DNA of 54,314 bases, taken from a virus. Lineage: Duplodnaviria; Caudoviricetes. The notes under the pieces were generated by a model, which worked only from the letters and a program-made list of their open reading frames with translations, was not told the origin of the DNA and searched no databases. Shown here one piece after another: positions 33,830-44,575 of this stretch. The translations under genes were made by a program, and so were the position numbers. Position 1 is the first letter of the stretch, and every line of letters starts with the position of its first letter. The stretch spans positions 1 to 54,314 of IMG/VR virus record IMGVR_UViG_3300042868_004434; one strand, 5' to 3'.

Positions 33830-36733
33830 ATGGATTCACATGACTTCCTCTCGGCAGTGTTGCCGAGACAAGGAAAGTATTGCACCTTCACGATGAAGGG
33901 GCCGCTAAGAAAGAACATCTTTGTTGACGATCTGGAGAATCTGTATGAAACCAACGTATCGCTGAGTGAACTAGGCAACAACACCTTCTATGCACTTAGT
34001 ACTTTCAATGACGAAGGTACCCGGGAGGCCGCACACGCAGAATACACACGCGCGCTATTCGCTGACCTAGACTGCGGCGTTGACGCCAAGACCGGCAAAC
34101 AGAAATCTTTTGCTAGCAAGAAAGCCGCAGTAACGGCGCTAGCCGAGTTTATGGAAGCCACTAGCCTGTCCGCGCTAGGCATGCCGTGGCTGGTTGACTC
34201 CGGCGGTGGTGTGCATGTGTACTGGCCCCTAGACGCCGACACGACGATAGACGAATGGAAGCCCGTGGCCGAGGCATTCAAGCGCGCGGCGCAGCAGCAT
34301 GGCCTACCCATTGATATGACGGTTACCGCCGACGCAGCGCGAGTACTGCGCATGCCGGGTACGTTGAATTGGAAGTATGAACCCCCTAGGCCCGTGGTGC
34401 TGAAGCAGCGCGGCACGTTCTTCTCCCTTGCCGACATTGCACAGACGCTAGCCCCCTACGCCGCCGCACCAAAGAAAGTCAACACAGCACTCACGCTTGC
34501 AGGAGTACGCCCACAGGCTGCAGCCATCTCCCCGGTAGCACAAGCCCTCATGGGCAATAGCGTCACGTATTTCAAGAACATAATGGTGCGCACCGCAGCG
34601 GGCACTGGATGTGGACAGATTGCAGACTATATCGCTCGTGCAACGGAAGACGGTATGGAGCCCTTGTGGCGCGGTGTATTGTCTATAGCAAAGCCGTGTG
34701 CAGACGGCGACAAAGCCGCGCGCAAGCTATCCTCTATGCACCCGTATGACGAAGACCGCATGTACGCTAAGCTGGCCGAGATAAAAGGCCCGTACCCATG
34801 CTCCAAATTTGACACCGAGAACCCCGGGATATGCACCCAATGCCCGCACTGGGGCAAAATAACAAACCCCCTCGCACTAGGCCGCGAGATAATGACGCTC
34901 ACAAGCGCACCACAAGAAGAGACTGCCGACGAGGCGGTACAGGATCAAACGCGTTCCTTACCCACGCCCCCATACGGATTCGAGTACGGGCGCACCAGCG
35001 GCGTGTACTACCGCAAGCCTGCGGAGAAGGACGAGGGCGACAAATTGATGTTGCTAGTACCGTTCGACTTCTACATGACGCGCATGATTCGGGACATGGA
35101 CAGCACCCAAGCCGAGTTCCGCGTGACCAAAGGCGACAAGCAGTTCACGTTCGCCGTACCCACTTCCGAAGTTATCGAGGTGCGTGCATGTCTTAAAGTG
35201 CTGGCCAAGAACAACGTCATGGCTGCAAACCCCGGCGTAGATGCATACTTGTATCAGTACGTGCGCCAGAGTATTCAAAATGCCAGCGCCAACGGTGAAG
35301 AGATCGTGGTACCCCAGCGCTTCGGATGGCAACCGGACGGTAGCTTCGCCGTGCACGACACCGTGTTCAGCCCTATCTCCGACGACAAGGACTTCAAGTT
35401 TGCATCCGACAGGCTGCACAATGTTATTAACGCGACAAAACCCAACGGCTCTTTGGAGAACTGGCGCAAAGTGTTCGAGATGATGCGCCGCAAGGCCGCG
35501 ACAGACACCGTAGTGTGGGGTCACCTAGCCGCCGCAGGCATCGGCTTCGGCACGATCCTTATGCAGTTCACACCCCACGGCTCTCGCGCAGGGGTATTCC
35601 ACGCTTGCAGCCCGGGCTCTGGTGCCGGTAAAACCTTTGCGCAGTCTATGGCAACGTCCGTGTGGGGGGAGAATGGTCGGTACATGGTGGCCCCCTCTAC
35701 GTCAGAAAAAACGATGATGCAGCGCGCAGGCATGCTGGGTAGCTTGATGTTGGGCGTGGACGAGATCACCAGCAAGAATCGTTCGCTGGCAATGGAGTGG
35801 TTGCCTAGCTTCATTTTCGACTACGCCGCAGGCATGCACAAGATCAAGGGCAGTGCGTCGAGCAATTCGGAGGTGGCACAGGAGCTGCTGTGGAACGCCA
35901 TCGCGTTCATATCGTCCAACACCCCCGGGCTTGAAGCCATGATGGGCGCGCGCAAGCATACGTCCGAGGGCGAGGCGCGCAGGCACTTGGAGTGGCAGAC
36001 CCCTGCCGGGTACGAGCTGAAGTGGACGCCCGAGGAGAACGAGATACGCTCGTTGCTGGAGCACAACACGGGTATTGCAGGCCCGCTATTCGCCAAGTGG
36101 TGCGCGCGCAACGTCAACACGGTGCAGTTTGTTATGCAGCAGGTGCTGGAGCACTGGAAGAAAATATCGGGCGCGCGAGACGACGAGCGTTTCTGGACGG
36201 CTATGGTGGTGTCCATTGTGGCCGGGTATGTGCTGGCAGGGCGCAAGTATGCAAACATCGTGGACATCCCCGCAACACCGATATTCGAGTTCTTTTTGAA
36301 GCTGGTGGTGCGCCAACGCAGGATCATCGCAAGCAACCAACGCTCCGCTACAGACACGCTCAACGCCTACATCGCGGAGTACATGGGCAATTTCATCAAG
36401 ACCGAGGGAAGCCAAGTCATGCAACACCTCGTGGGCGGCGCGGCTATTCAGCCAAGCAGTGCGAAGTCGCAGGTTCGCGGGCGTGTGGAGTACAACGTGA
36501 CTCCCGGCCATGTGGACTTCTATATCGAGATGCGCCTGCTCAAGTTGCACTGCGCGGACAGCGGCCTAGGCTACGAGGCGTTTGTGAACCAATTACAGGA
36601 CAACGTGACCGTAGACACGGTGCGCAAGAACCTGCTGGCCGGAACCAAAGGGCCCGAGATGCGCGTACCTTGCCTGAAGATAACGCGAACCGTCGCGGAT
36701 GTGGAGGCTACCGAGGAGGCGTATGGCCTCTGA
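33830..36733 (+). CDS. Primase (AEP/RepB-like) fused to a DUF927/P-loop helicase-like domain
   Basis: ADLD, SGGGVHVYW, DAARVLRMPGT.N, Cys cluster, FGWQ.DG.F, SGAGKT, VDE.T. Confidence 0.8.
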   Translation: MDSHDFLSAVLPRQGKYCTFTMKGPLRKNIFVDDLENLYETNVSLSELGNNTFYALSTFNDEGTREAAHAEYTRALFADLDCGVDAKTGKQKSFASKKAAVTALAEFMEATSLSALGMPWLVDSGGGVHVYWPLDADTTIDEWKPVAEAFKRAAQQHGLPIDMTVTADAARVLRMPGTLNWKYEPPRPVVLKQRGTFFSLADIAQTLAPYAAAPKKVNTALTLAGVRPQAAAISPVAQALMGNSVTYFKNIMVRTAAGTGCGQIADYIARATEDGMEPLWRGVLSIAKPCADGDKAARKLSSMHPYDEDRMYAKLAEIKGPYPCSKFDTENPGICTQCPHWGKITNPLALGREIMTLTSAPQEETADEAVQDQTRSLPTPPYGFEYGRTSGVYYRKPAEKDEGDKLMLLVPFDFYMTRMIRDMDSTQAEFRVTKGDKQFTFAVPTSEVIEVRACLKVLAKNNVMAANPGVDAYLYQYVRQSIQNASANGEEIVVPQRFGWQPDGSFAVHDTVFSPISDDKDFKFASDRLHNVINATKPNGSLENWRKVFEMMRRKAATDTVVWGHLAAAGIGFGTILMQFTPHGSRAGVFHACSPGSGAGKTFAQSMATSVWGENGRYMVAPSTSEKTMMQRAGMLGSLMLGVDEITSKNRSLAMEWLPSFIFDYAAGMHKIKGSASSNSEVAQELLWNAIAFISSNTPGLEAMMGARKHTSEGEARRHLEWQTPAGYELKWTPEENEIRSLLEHNTGIAGPLFAKWCARNVNTVQFVMQQVLEHWKKISGARDDERFWTAMVVSIVAGYVLAGRKYANIVDIPATPIFEFFLKLVVRQRRIIASNQRSATDTLNAYIAEYMGNFIKTEGSQVMQHLVGGAAIQPSSAKSQVRGRVEYNVTPGHVDFYIEMRLLKLHCADSGLGYEAFVNQLQDNVTVDTVRKNLLAGTKGPEMRVPCLKITRTVADVEATEEAYGL

Positions 36734-36923
36734 AGAGTTCCACTGGCTCAGGTACAAGGCGGGCGAGTCCTTCTTTGTACCTAGCCTAGACCCGTACCGC
36801 ACCGCGCTGGCGGGGGTACGTGCGGCGGCGAAGCAGCGTGGGCTGCGTCCGGGCGGCACCGCCCGATACAAGGTGGGCGTCTACAAGGGCTTACTCGGGG
36901 TACTTTTCACGGTACCACGCTAA
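36723..36923 (+). CDS. Small basic hypothetical protein, possibly DNA-binding
   Basis: GAGGAGG RBS; W....GESFFVP motif; 66 aa. Confidence 0.55.
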   Translation: MASEEFHWLRYKAGESFFVPSLDPYRTALAGVRAAAKQRGLRPGGTARYKVGVYKGLLGVLFTVPR

Positions 36924-36924
36924 C

Positions 36925-39900
36925 TCACTCGCCTTTGATCTTTCCGTAGGCTTCGCGGAACGCAGCCGCAGTCTGGATTTTGTACTGGCGTATGTTGTCG
37001 AGCATGCGGCGCTTCTCCTCTGGACTCCTGTTAGACGCCCGGATCGCGGTCTCCGCCTTGGACAACTGCCCCATCTTCTGCGTGAAGGCCCCGGCCACGG
37101 TAGCGCCCGCGTACTCCTTGGAACGCTCCTGCAAGAGCTGCATAGCCTGTGCCTTTTCGCCCTTCTCTAGCAGTCCGTCCACGGTCTTCTTGAAGGCAGT
37201 GAACTCGCCCATCTTCTCGTAGGTATCGTTGATGATGCCGCCTGCGTCGTTAGGCTGGAATACGCCGCCGATCATTGGCCTTGAGGACAGCCGACGTGCT
37301 GCCTTCTCTGGGCTGTCGCTGGCTGGCATGAGGGAGTCCACTGCGGCCAGTACGAACATCCCCACGCCGCCGGTATAGCCGTTCAGCAACTGCTCCATCA
37401 TGATGGGCGACTGTCCAGTGAGTTGGCCTACTTCTCGTGCGATCTGTGTGGTGTTCTCACGAAATTGGAATGGCTTTTCCATGCCCTGCTCGGAGCGGGA
37501 CAGGATGTCGCGGCCCGTAAACAACGACTTGCCGGTGCCCACCTCGATCAAAGGCTTGATGGCTTGCGGAAGGAGGAAGCTGCTACCGCCGGGGATGGTG
37601 TTGCGCAAAATGGTGCTGAAGGCGTTGACGGCCTCGTCGCTGCCGTGCTTGTCCGTCATGCTACGGTACAGGGCCTCGGGCACGGACTTGAAAATATAGC
37701 CCAGCTCGAACGGCACCGGTACACGTATGGCTTCCTCTACGCCCGGCACACGCACAAACCAGTTACCGTACTTCTGCTCGGGCAATGCATTCTTGTAGGC
37801 TTCGTCGTCCTCCATCGCGGCGGCGTAAGCCAAGCTGGCTGCAGCCAGCAACGTGCCTCGGGCGATCAGTTTGCCCTTGATATTCAGGCGCTCGTCGTTG
37901 GGCATGTTCCCGGTAAACGCCTTGTACAGCACATTCAAAGACTGAATCTGTGCGTTCAGGAAGGGGATCATGGCGTTGGCCATGTGGATGCTAGGTGACG
38001 CGCCGCGCTTGCTAAAGTTCATGGACTCCAGCGTCTGCAGGGTGGCCTCCATCTCCGACATGCCTTGCTTTATGTAGCTCCCGTACTGCGCGCGTCGGGT
38101 GAGGGCATCGGCCCCCATCGACATCGCCTCTAGCTTGCCCAAAGCGTTGAGCCAACCGGACTTGCCTGCGGTAACGTCGCGCAGCACCATCGACATGTCT
38201 TCGGAGGTGCCCGTAAATACCTGCCCACCAGTGATACCCCGGTTGTTCAGAATTTCCTTATTCTTGGCGTTAATCTCTTTCACCGCACTCCACACGGGCG
38301 TGATGTTAGCCCCGCTACCCAGCGCAGCGCCCAGTGAGTCACGGAAAACCTGCCTAGCGGCGTATACCGGGCTGATAGTGACGGCCTTGCGCAACAACTG
38401 TGCGGGCATGGCCAAGAGGCGCACCACGCCAGAAAGCTGGGTAGGGATACCCGCCATGCCTTTGACCAACAAGTCCGCAGGGATGCTATCGGGCGTGTCC
38501 ACGCGGGCGAACTTCTCCGCGCCATTGTCATAGAACTTGACGATGGTATTGCCCTTGACATCGTGCCCGTTGCCGATGGTGGCCATGCCCATATCCTGCA
38601 GCTCGAACGCAGCGTTCTTGGTGGCTATGTTGTTCAAGGCCATGTCCAGAATCATGCTGGTGTTCTGCACCGCGCTGGTGGTGAAATCCAAAATAGGCCT
38701 ATCGCCGCCCACCAGCTCCTGCAGATGTGGCTGCTCCTTCATGTTGCCTATACGGATGGGCGACTCGCTACCAATCAGCAGCTCGGCCACGCCGTTGCGA
38801 TCCCGGTAGTACGGGATGTAGTCATCTTCTTTAACCAACTTCGCGCCCACGTCCTTGCTTATTGCGCCGCTTTGCTCTAGTAGCTTGATTAGGTTGCGGT
38901 TGTACTCGTTGTACTGGCTGCGCGCGTCTTCGAAGACATCCTTCAGGCCCGGGGTGTTCTGCACCTCCTGCGCAATAGCATCCAAGTCGGCCTGCGTGAT
39001 GTCGCCGCCGAAGTTAAGCGTCTCGATGCCTTTACTCTTGGCGCGGATAGCCGCCATGTAGCCGGTGAATAGCCGGGTGACGTAGTTTTTGTCTTCTATG
39101 GACGCCTTGGCCAGCGTGTCTGCGATACCCTTGAGGTTCGCGCCCTTGACGCTCTCGATCATGTACTCTTTTTTGCCGTCCGCCCGGGTCTTTTCTACAC
39201 GCTGGGGCACGCCGTTCGCGGCGGCTACGGACAGGAAGTGCTGGCGCTGGTCGTACATACGCAGGTAGTACATCATTTGGGAGCCCTTCAGCGGCTCCAT
39301 TACCCGAGACAGACGCTCAAAACCGGCAAAGCGATCCACCAACTGCGTCTCAAATGCGAGGCCGGACAAGTTGTCTTTTATCTTGCCCCACCAAGGCTTG
39401 TCCTTGGCCACGATGCGGTCTACCACATCTTTGGCGGAGCCTGTTGTGCGCTGCACACTGGGAGTACCTGCGCCCTGTATGCGGCGCGAGGGCATCATGA
39501 TCTTGTCCACGAGGTCGGCCACCTGCTTCGCCGTGGGTGTCGGGGGTTTTTGTGGCATACCGAACATGCGGCGCACGAAGTTCTTTAACCTATCCCACAA
39601 ACCGTACTTGTCCAGCTTGGCCTGAAACTCGGGGTTAGTGCGCGCCTCGGCTACAAACTCACGCACATTGGGAATCTCTTCGTTAGCAAAGGCTTTACTG
39701 GCAGCGACTTGGCGCTGCATGCCCTCTAATCCTTTTCGCGCTGCGGCTTGCTCGGGGGTAAGCGTAGCCGGGTCTGCCAGCAACACGCTGTCGGTAGCCG
39801 CGTGGTATAGCTCGTGCATCACGTCTTCCATGTATGCGTCGGGGCGCATGACAATTTCGTTCGTCTCTGGGAAGTACATGCCCGCCACTTCGTTACCGGC

Positions 39901-42900
39901 GTTGTCACGTATGTCCGGGTTCACCGATATTTTGGTGCGCAGCACCAGTGGGCGCACGCTAGCGGCGAGGGGGTACCCGGCCTTGATAAGCATGTCCGCG
40001 GCGTCCAGAATACGGCCGTCCGCGACCGCAGCGGCCAGTTCGGGGGTCATATCCGTTGAGGTGCGGAAAGCCCGGTTTGCCTGAGATGGTGCAGCTTTCG
40101 GCCCCTCCCCGCCGTTGACTGCGCGCGCTGTGCGCGAAGACTTCTCCAACGCCTGTTCTGCAACGGGGCGGGCTTTCTCCAGACGGGCTACGAAGCCGGT
40201 ATACTTTTCGATGGCTTCCGCGTCGTTGTTTTCCTGCGCTTCTTCCAGTTTGAACTGGGCCTTTTCCAGCAAGGTTTCGATCTTGGATAGCTCAGCCAGC
40301 GCCTGCTCATTTGCGCGCATCTTCGGTGCACGCCCCCCCTGCGTTATCTTCCCGCCACGAACTGGTTTCACTAACGGGCCTGCTTTGCGTAGCGGTAGTG
40401 CGCCGGAGGACTTACCCGTTGATGCGTCGATACCCCGCTCCAGCGTTAGGCGATTTGCGTCGTCTTGCGCCTCCTCCGCGCGTTGTGCTGGGGTCAGTAT
40501 CTCGGTCTTTTTCGAGCGCTGCTGTGCCTGCTCTTGCAGGCGCACGAGCTCCCGCTTTTTAGAGCGTAGGTCTGTAAGGTCTTTACGGCGCTGAAGAATG
40601 GTCTTCTTGGCCTTGCCCGGCTCAAGTATGGCTGCTTTCTTTTCACCTATCTTGATGTCCAGCTCCGCTAGGTGCTCCGCCAACGCCTGCTTCGCTGCGG
40701 TAGACATCTCTGTCTCGTTAGACAACGTACCGAAAGCTATGGCTATTTCCTTGCGTATGTTAGCTGCTTCGTACTTGTCCTTGTTGCGCATTGACTTGGA
40801 AGCAGTCTCGTCCTTGGAGCGTTCTTCTAGTTCTTTCGCACGGTCTTGCAGTTCAGCTATGTATTCGGTGGTCTTGCGCGCTTGCTCGAAACTGACGGCC
40901 GTGCCGGGAATAGCCTGCAGCCGTTCCAGTCGTTCCTGCTCCGCTTTGCGCTGGGCTGCGTCCGCAGCGGTTCGTTGTATAGGGGTGTCTCTTGGCAAAG
41001 CCTCCTCTACCTGCACAGCCACGCGAGCATCGCGCGCCTGCTCTAGCGGCCGCAATAGCGCTTCAATTTCTGCAGCTAGCTGACGGCTCTCCGCAGCGCG
41101 GGCCTGCAATTCTGCGGTAACTCTTTCTGTGTTGCGTGCTGCGGTGGCCTTGGCGCGGGTCAAGACCCCTTGGGCCGTAGATGATTCGCGTTTGGCCTGC
41201 TTGCGCGCGGCTTGCGCTTCGGCGCTATCGTTCTCAGCCACTGCCGTGTTTAGCGCGTCTTGGGCGGCGACTAGGCTAGATTGGGCAGTCTCCATAGCCC
41301 CGGTGGCGTCGCGCAAGCGCAACTGCAGCTCCATGTCGCGGCCTAGGTAGGCCAGCACACTGCGGTCTAGTGGGTTGTTCTGGCGCTCCAGCAAGGCGGC
41401 GTGCTGCTTTGTGGCTTTGTCTGCGGCGGCTGCAAGGGTATCTAGCTGCGTCTGGGTGTGCCCGCCGTGGGCTAGGGCGTCTTTGTACCGGCGGTGTGCT
41501 GTGGCGGCTGCGTCTGCTGCGGCCTGTACTTTTTCATCCCCGCCAAACTTGGCGGTGTTCTTGGCAATAGTGTCTACTACACGAGCGCGCTGGTCTTGCG
41601 CAGCCTTCAGTGCTTTCTGTGCGGCAGCAACGGCTTTACGCGCGGGCTCTAGTTTTGCCTGCACCGCGTCCATAAGGCTCTGTTGCTTGGCCACCGCCGC
41701 CACGTACTTGTCCGTGGCCATCTGAATAGCCTGCGCACCTACACGCTTCGTCGCGGTCAGCATGGTCTGCAATGTGCCGATAGACTCGCGTAGCTCGGCG
41801 GCTTTGGCTTCTAGGGAGGCAATCGTCCTGTGTGCCCGGGCGGATGTCTGCAGCGCCAGCCCTACGGCTTTGCGAGACTCGTTGAGTGCGTCGCTGGCTA
41901 GGAACTGCTGAAACGCTTCAGGCGTGTCAAAGATAACGCCCTGCAGCTCGGTGTCTGGAAACATGTCGCCCTGCGGCACCTCGTCCGAACGCTTGCTCTG
42001 CGCTACACTGGCTAGATGCTTTTGCACACGCGCGTGTACGTCCGTTATGTCTTGTCCTATGCGTGTGCGGTGCAACAGTTCAGCTACGTCGGGCAGCTCA
42101 TCTGCGGCTGTCAGTTCGGGCAGGCGGCTGCGCACGGTTTGTAAGAAAGGGGAAACCTTACCGGACTGCTGTAACTGGGCAAACTGTTGTTGCACAGACT
42201 CTGGCGAGATGTCTGCGGCACGTTCAATGGCTATGTCTTGGGTAGGGCTGCGGGTGCCTGCAAGGTCTGCGGCCACCGGGGCCGTCAGTTTGCCTTTTGG
42301 TGCGGGTTTGTCCACATCCAGTCCGGGCTTGCTCTTGATGGCGCGCATCTGCTCCAGCAAGGCGTCTACCTGCTTGCGGGCTTGGGTGTTGTTGGGGTCT
42401 GCCTTGTACTCGCGCCGCGCGGCTTGTAACTGTAGCGCCAGTGCCTGCAACTGCGCTTGCTTTGTTTGCTCGCTCTCTACCTTAGTTGCCGTGTACTGCC
42501 CGGGGAACAGGCGTCTCTGCTCGGTCGTGCCGTAGGGCAGCGCCGCGCGCTCCATACCCTCTATTTCCAACTGCGTTTGGCGCTCTTTGCGTGCTTCGCC
42601 AGCGTAGCCGGGTTCTTTGTCAGCTAGGCCCCGCACTCCGGCCACTTCCTGCTCTACACGCTGGCGTTGCTGTACGGCGGTCTCCCGCCCGGTGGCCATT
42701 TCGTCGGCTGTCTGCTGATCTGCCGCCGCCGTGGCCTGCACACTGTCTTTGGTGAACAAGCCCGGGTTTTGTTGGCGCAGCGCGTCTATTTTCTTTGACA
42801 GCTTCTCTATGGCGTCCACGTCACCGATCTCGCCCGCTTTGCGCAGTGCAGTCTGTGCGGTAGCGTACTGTTTATTCAGCGCGTCGTCGGTAGGCCCCGC

Positions 42901-44562
42901 CTTCGGCGCGGGTGGTAGCTCTGCCGCTTCCTTGCGCGCCTGCGCCAACGCCGCTTCAATCTTGCGGAATTTCTGTGCTTCTTGGACGGCTATCTCGGTC
43001 TCGCCGGTCTGCGCCGCTACGGCCACGTTGTGCCGCTGCTGCTCCAAAGCACTCTCAAGCCCGGCAATCTGGCGTTGGTACTGGGAATGCTGCGCGGTTA
43101 TGTCCTCGGGTGTGGGTATACGGGCCGGGGCCTGCGCTGCGCTGTCTTGCAAAGGCTCGCCAAATAGGTCGGTGTTGCCTTGCGGTGCGGCAGACGCTGC
43201 CGCCGGAGCCTGTGCTTGCTGTGCGTCCAGCAGCGGTTTCACCTGCAGGTACGCCTCGGCCTTGGGCTTAAGCACGTCGTTTTCAAACGCCTTTACCTGC
43301 TCCTGCGCGGCTTTGGCCTGCAGCTTGTCCGCCATGCTGGCGTCTTTGCCGACCTTGGTAGCGGCTTTGAGTTGCGCGAACTGTGCTTCTGCGTCCTGAT
43401 ACTCCTGCGCCACCTGTGCGGCGTACGCGGGGTCTTGTAGCTTGGCTTGCTGTGCTGCGGCCTCTTGTTCTTGTTGCGCGCGCTGTGCTGCGACGGTTTG
43501 TTCTTGTTGGGCCTTGATCTGCTGCGCCTGCTCCTGCTTAGCACGGATTTCTTGCTCAGCAACTTCGCTGCGCGCAGCACTCTTGTCTGCAAAACGCCCC
43601 GCAGCGCCTAGAGGCCCGGACAATGCGGCTTGGTAGGCCGTGTCTTTGTATTCTTTGATAGCATCCGCGTCGGTCAGCGACAGCCCCGCTTGGGCACGCT
43701 CCAGCATCTGCTGCACCACCTCGGTGGGCGTCTCGGCAAGAATACCGACGCCTGTGCCCTTGGCCATGCTCATCGCCAAGCCTTCTTTGGCTAGCCTCTC
43801 AGCGGCTGCGGGGTTCTTCGCTAGGGCAACGCCTAGCTTGGGGCCGAGAACGCGCTTCGCTACGCCCAAGAAAGGGATCATGTTACCGGCGGCATCCAGT
43901 GCCCCGGAAGCTGCGGCAGCCCCGGTCGCCGCACCCATATTAACTGGAGCGTCGGGGTTCTCTTGTACTTGTCGCTGGACGTTAGCACCTTGTGACGCCA
44001 AGAAGCCGGGAAGGAACGCGCCAGCCAATCCGCCCCCAATAGTGCCTATGGCAGTGCCCGGCCCCGGCGCTATAAAAGAGCCCCCCAAACCGCCTAGTTT
44101 AGCTCCGGCATACATAGAAGTCGCAGTAGCTCCTAGGTTGGGTAGCTGCTGCGCAATGGCGAGAGGGGCTTGCCTAATGACTTCCTTAGCGCCCCCAAAC
44201 AAACCGTCCTTGTCGTACGCCGCACCAACTTTGTCCATGCCGATCTCATCGGCATAACGGTTCTGAATGCCCTCGTTGCGCTTGAGTCCTTCTTGTCCGG
44301 CCTGCCGCGCGTCGCCGGTAAAAGACTTCACCCCGGTGCGGATACCGGACTCTAACTGCTCTGTCCCTCGCTTGAGGTTGGCCAAGAGCCCGGACTCGGG
44401 CTTAGTGGTGCTGGGCACGCCCCCGGATGCTTGGGGGTTCTCTTTACTTAGGCGTGCCCAATTCTGCTGTGCGTAGGCAATGGCCTGCGCCTCAGTGGCT
44501 CCCTCCGGAGCGGTGACTTCAATGGTTCTACCGTCCGGGGAGGTTACTGCAAAACGCGGCAT
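36925..44562 (-). CDS. Giant internal virion/ejection protein (large polyvalent protein with LPD38-like C-terminus)
   Basis: 2545 aa, Ala/Gln-rich coils; GMY...I...HELYH metallopeptidase-like motif; C-terminal IPFLNA.IQ, RVPVPFELG..F...PE, KPLIEV..GKS.FTG..I. Confidence 0.75.
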   Translation of the reverse strand: MPRFAVTSPDGRTIEVTAPEGATEAQAIAYAQQNWARLSKENPQASGGVPSTTKPESGLLANLKRGTEQLESGIRTGVKSFTGDARQAGQEGLKRNEGIQNRYADEIGMDKVGAAYDKDGLFGGAKEVIRQAPLAIAQQLPNLGATATSMYAGAKLGGLGGSFIAPGPGTAIGTIGGGLAGAFLPGFLASQGANVQRQVQENPDAPVNMGAATGAAAASGALDAAGNMIPFLGVAKRVLGPKLGVALAKNPAAAERLAKEGLAMSMAKGTGVGILAETPTEVVQQMLERAQAGLSLTDADAIKEYKDTAYQAALSGPLGAAGRFADKSAARSEVAEQEIRAKQEQAQQIKAQQEQTVAAQRAQQEQEAAAQQAKLQDPAYAAQVAQEYQDAEAQFAQLKAATKVGKDASMADKLQAKAAQEQVKAFENDVLKPKAEAYLQVKPLLDAQQAQAPAAASAAPQGNTDLFGEPLQDSAAQAPARIPTPEDITAQHSQYQRQIAGLESALEQQRHNVAVAAQTGETEIAVQEAQKFRKIEAALAQARKEAAELPPAPKAGPTDDALNKQYATAQTALRKAGEIGDVDAIEKLSKKIDALRQQNPGLFTKDSVQATAAADQQTADEMATGRETAVQQRQRVEQEVAGVRGLADKEPGYAGEARKERQTQLEIEGMERAALPYGTTEQRRLFPGQYTATKVESEQTKQAQLQALALQLQAARREYKADPNNTQARKQVDALLEQMRAIKSKPGLDVDKPAPKGKLTAPVAADLAGTRSPTQDIAIERAADISPESVQQQFAQLQQSGKVSPFLQTVRSRLPELTAADELPDVAELLHRTRIGQDITDVHARVQKHLASVAQSKRSDEVPQGDMFPDTELQGVIFDTPEAFQQFLASDALNESRKAVGLALQTSARAHRTIASLEAKAAELRESIGTLQTMLTATKRVGAQAIQMATDKYVAAVAKQQSLMDAVQAKLEPARKAVAAAQKALKAAQDQRARVVDTIAKNTAKFGGDEKVQAAADAAATAHRRYKDALAHGGHTQTQLDTLAAAADKATKQHAALLERQNNPLDRSVLAYLGRDMELQLRLRDATGAMETAQSSLVAAQDALNTAVAENDSAEAQAARKQAKRESSTAQGVLTRAKATAARNTERVTAELQARAAESRQLAAEIEALLRPLEQARDARVAVQVEEALPRDTPIQRTAADAAQRKAEQERLERLQAIPGTAVSFEQARKTTEYIAELQDRAKELEERSKDETASKSMRNKDKYEAANIRKEIAIAFGTLSNETEMSTAAKQALAEHLAELDIKIGEKKAAILEPGKAKKTILQRRKDLTDLRSKKRELVRLQEQAQQRSKKTEILTPAQRAEEAQDDANRLTLERGIDASTGKSSGALPLRKAGPLVKPVRGGKITQGGRAPKMRANEQALAELSKIETLLEKAQFKLEEAQENNDAEAIEKYTGFVARLEKARPVAEQALEKSSRTARAVNGGEGPKAAPSQANRAFRTSTDMTPELAAAVADGRILDAADMLIKAGYPLAASVRPLVLRTKISVNPDIRDNAGNEVAGMYFPETNEIVMRPDAYMEDVMHELYHAATDSVLLADPATLTPEQAAARKGLEGMQRQVAASKAFANEEIPNVREFVAEARTNPEFQAKLDKYGLWDRLKNFVRRMFGMPQKPPTPTAKQVADLVDKIMMPSRRIQGAGTPSVQRTTGSAKDVVDRIVAKDKPWWGKIKDNLSGLAFETQLVDRFAGFERLSRVMEPLKGSQMMYYLRMYDQRQHFLSVAAANGVPQRVEKTRADGKKEYMIESVKGANLKGIADTLAKASIEDKNYVTRLFTGYMAAIRAKSKGIETLNFGGDITQADLDAIAQEVQNTPGLKDVFEDARSQYNEYNRNLIKLLEQSGAISKDVGAKLVKEDDYIPYYRDRNGVAELLIGSESPIRIGNMKEQPHLQELVGGDRPILDFTTSAVQNTSMILDMALNNIATKNAAFELQDMGMATIGNGHDVKGNTIVKFYDNGAEKFARVDTPDSIPADLLVKGMAGIPTQLSGVVRLLAMPAQLLRKAVTISPVYAARQVFRDSLGAALGSGANITPVWSAVKEINAKNKEILNNRGITGGQVFTGTSEDMSMVLRDVTAGKSGWLNALGKLEAMSMGADALTRRAQYGSYIKQGMSEMEATLQTLESMNFSKRGASPSIHMANAMIPFLNAQIQSLNVLYKAFTGNMPNDERLNIKGKLIARGTLLAAASLAYAAAMEDDEAYKNALPEQKYGNWFVRVPGVEEAIRVPVPFELGYIFKSVPEALYRSMTDKHGSDEAVNAFSTILRNTIPGGSSFLLPQAIKPLIEVGTGKSLFTGRDILSRSEQGMEKPFQFRENTTQIAREVGQLTGQSPIMMEQLLNGYTGGVGMFVLAAVDSLMPASDSPEKAARRLSSRPMIGGVFQPNDAGGIINDTYEKMGEFTAFKKTVDGLLEKGEKAQAMQLLQERSKEYAGATVAGAFTQKMGQLSKAETAIRASNRSPEEKRRMLDNIRQYKIQTAAAFREAYGKIKGE

Positions 44563-44575
44563 AATGTTCCTTGAG

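Noticed and set aside
35992-36789. 265-aa same-strand alternative-frame ORF inside the primase gene
   Set aside because: Arg/Gly-rich with no domain motif, unlike the Endo VII case; expected from GC-rich codon bias.
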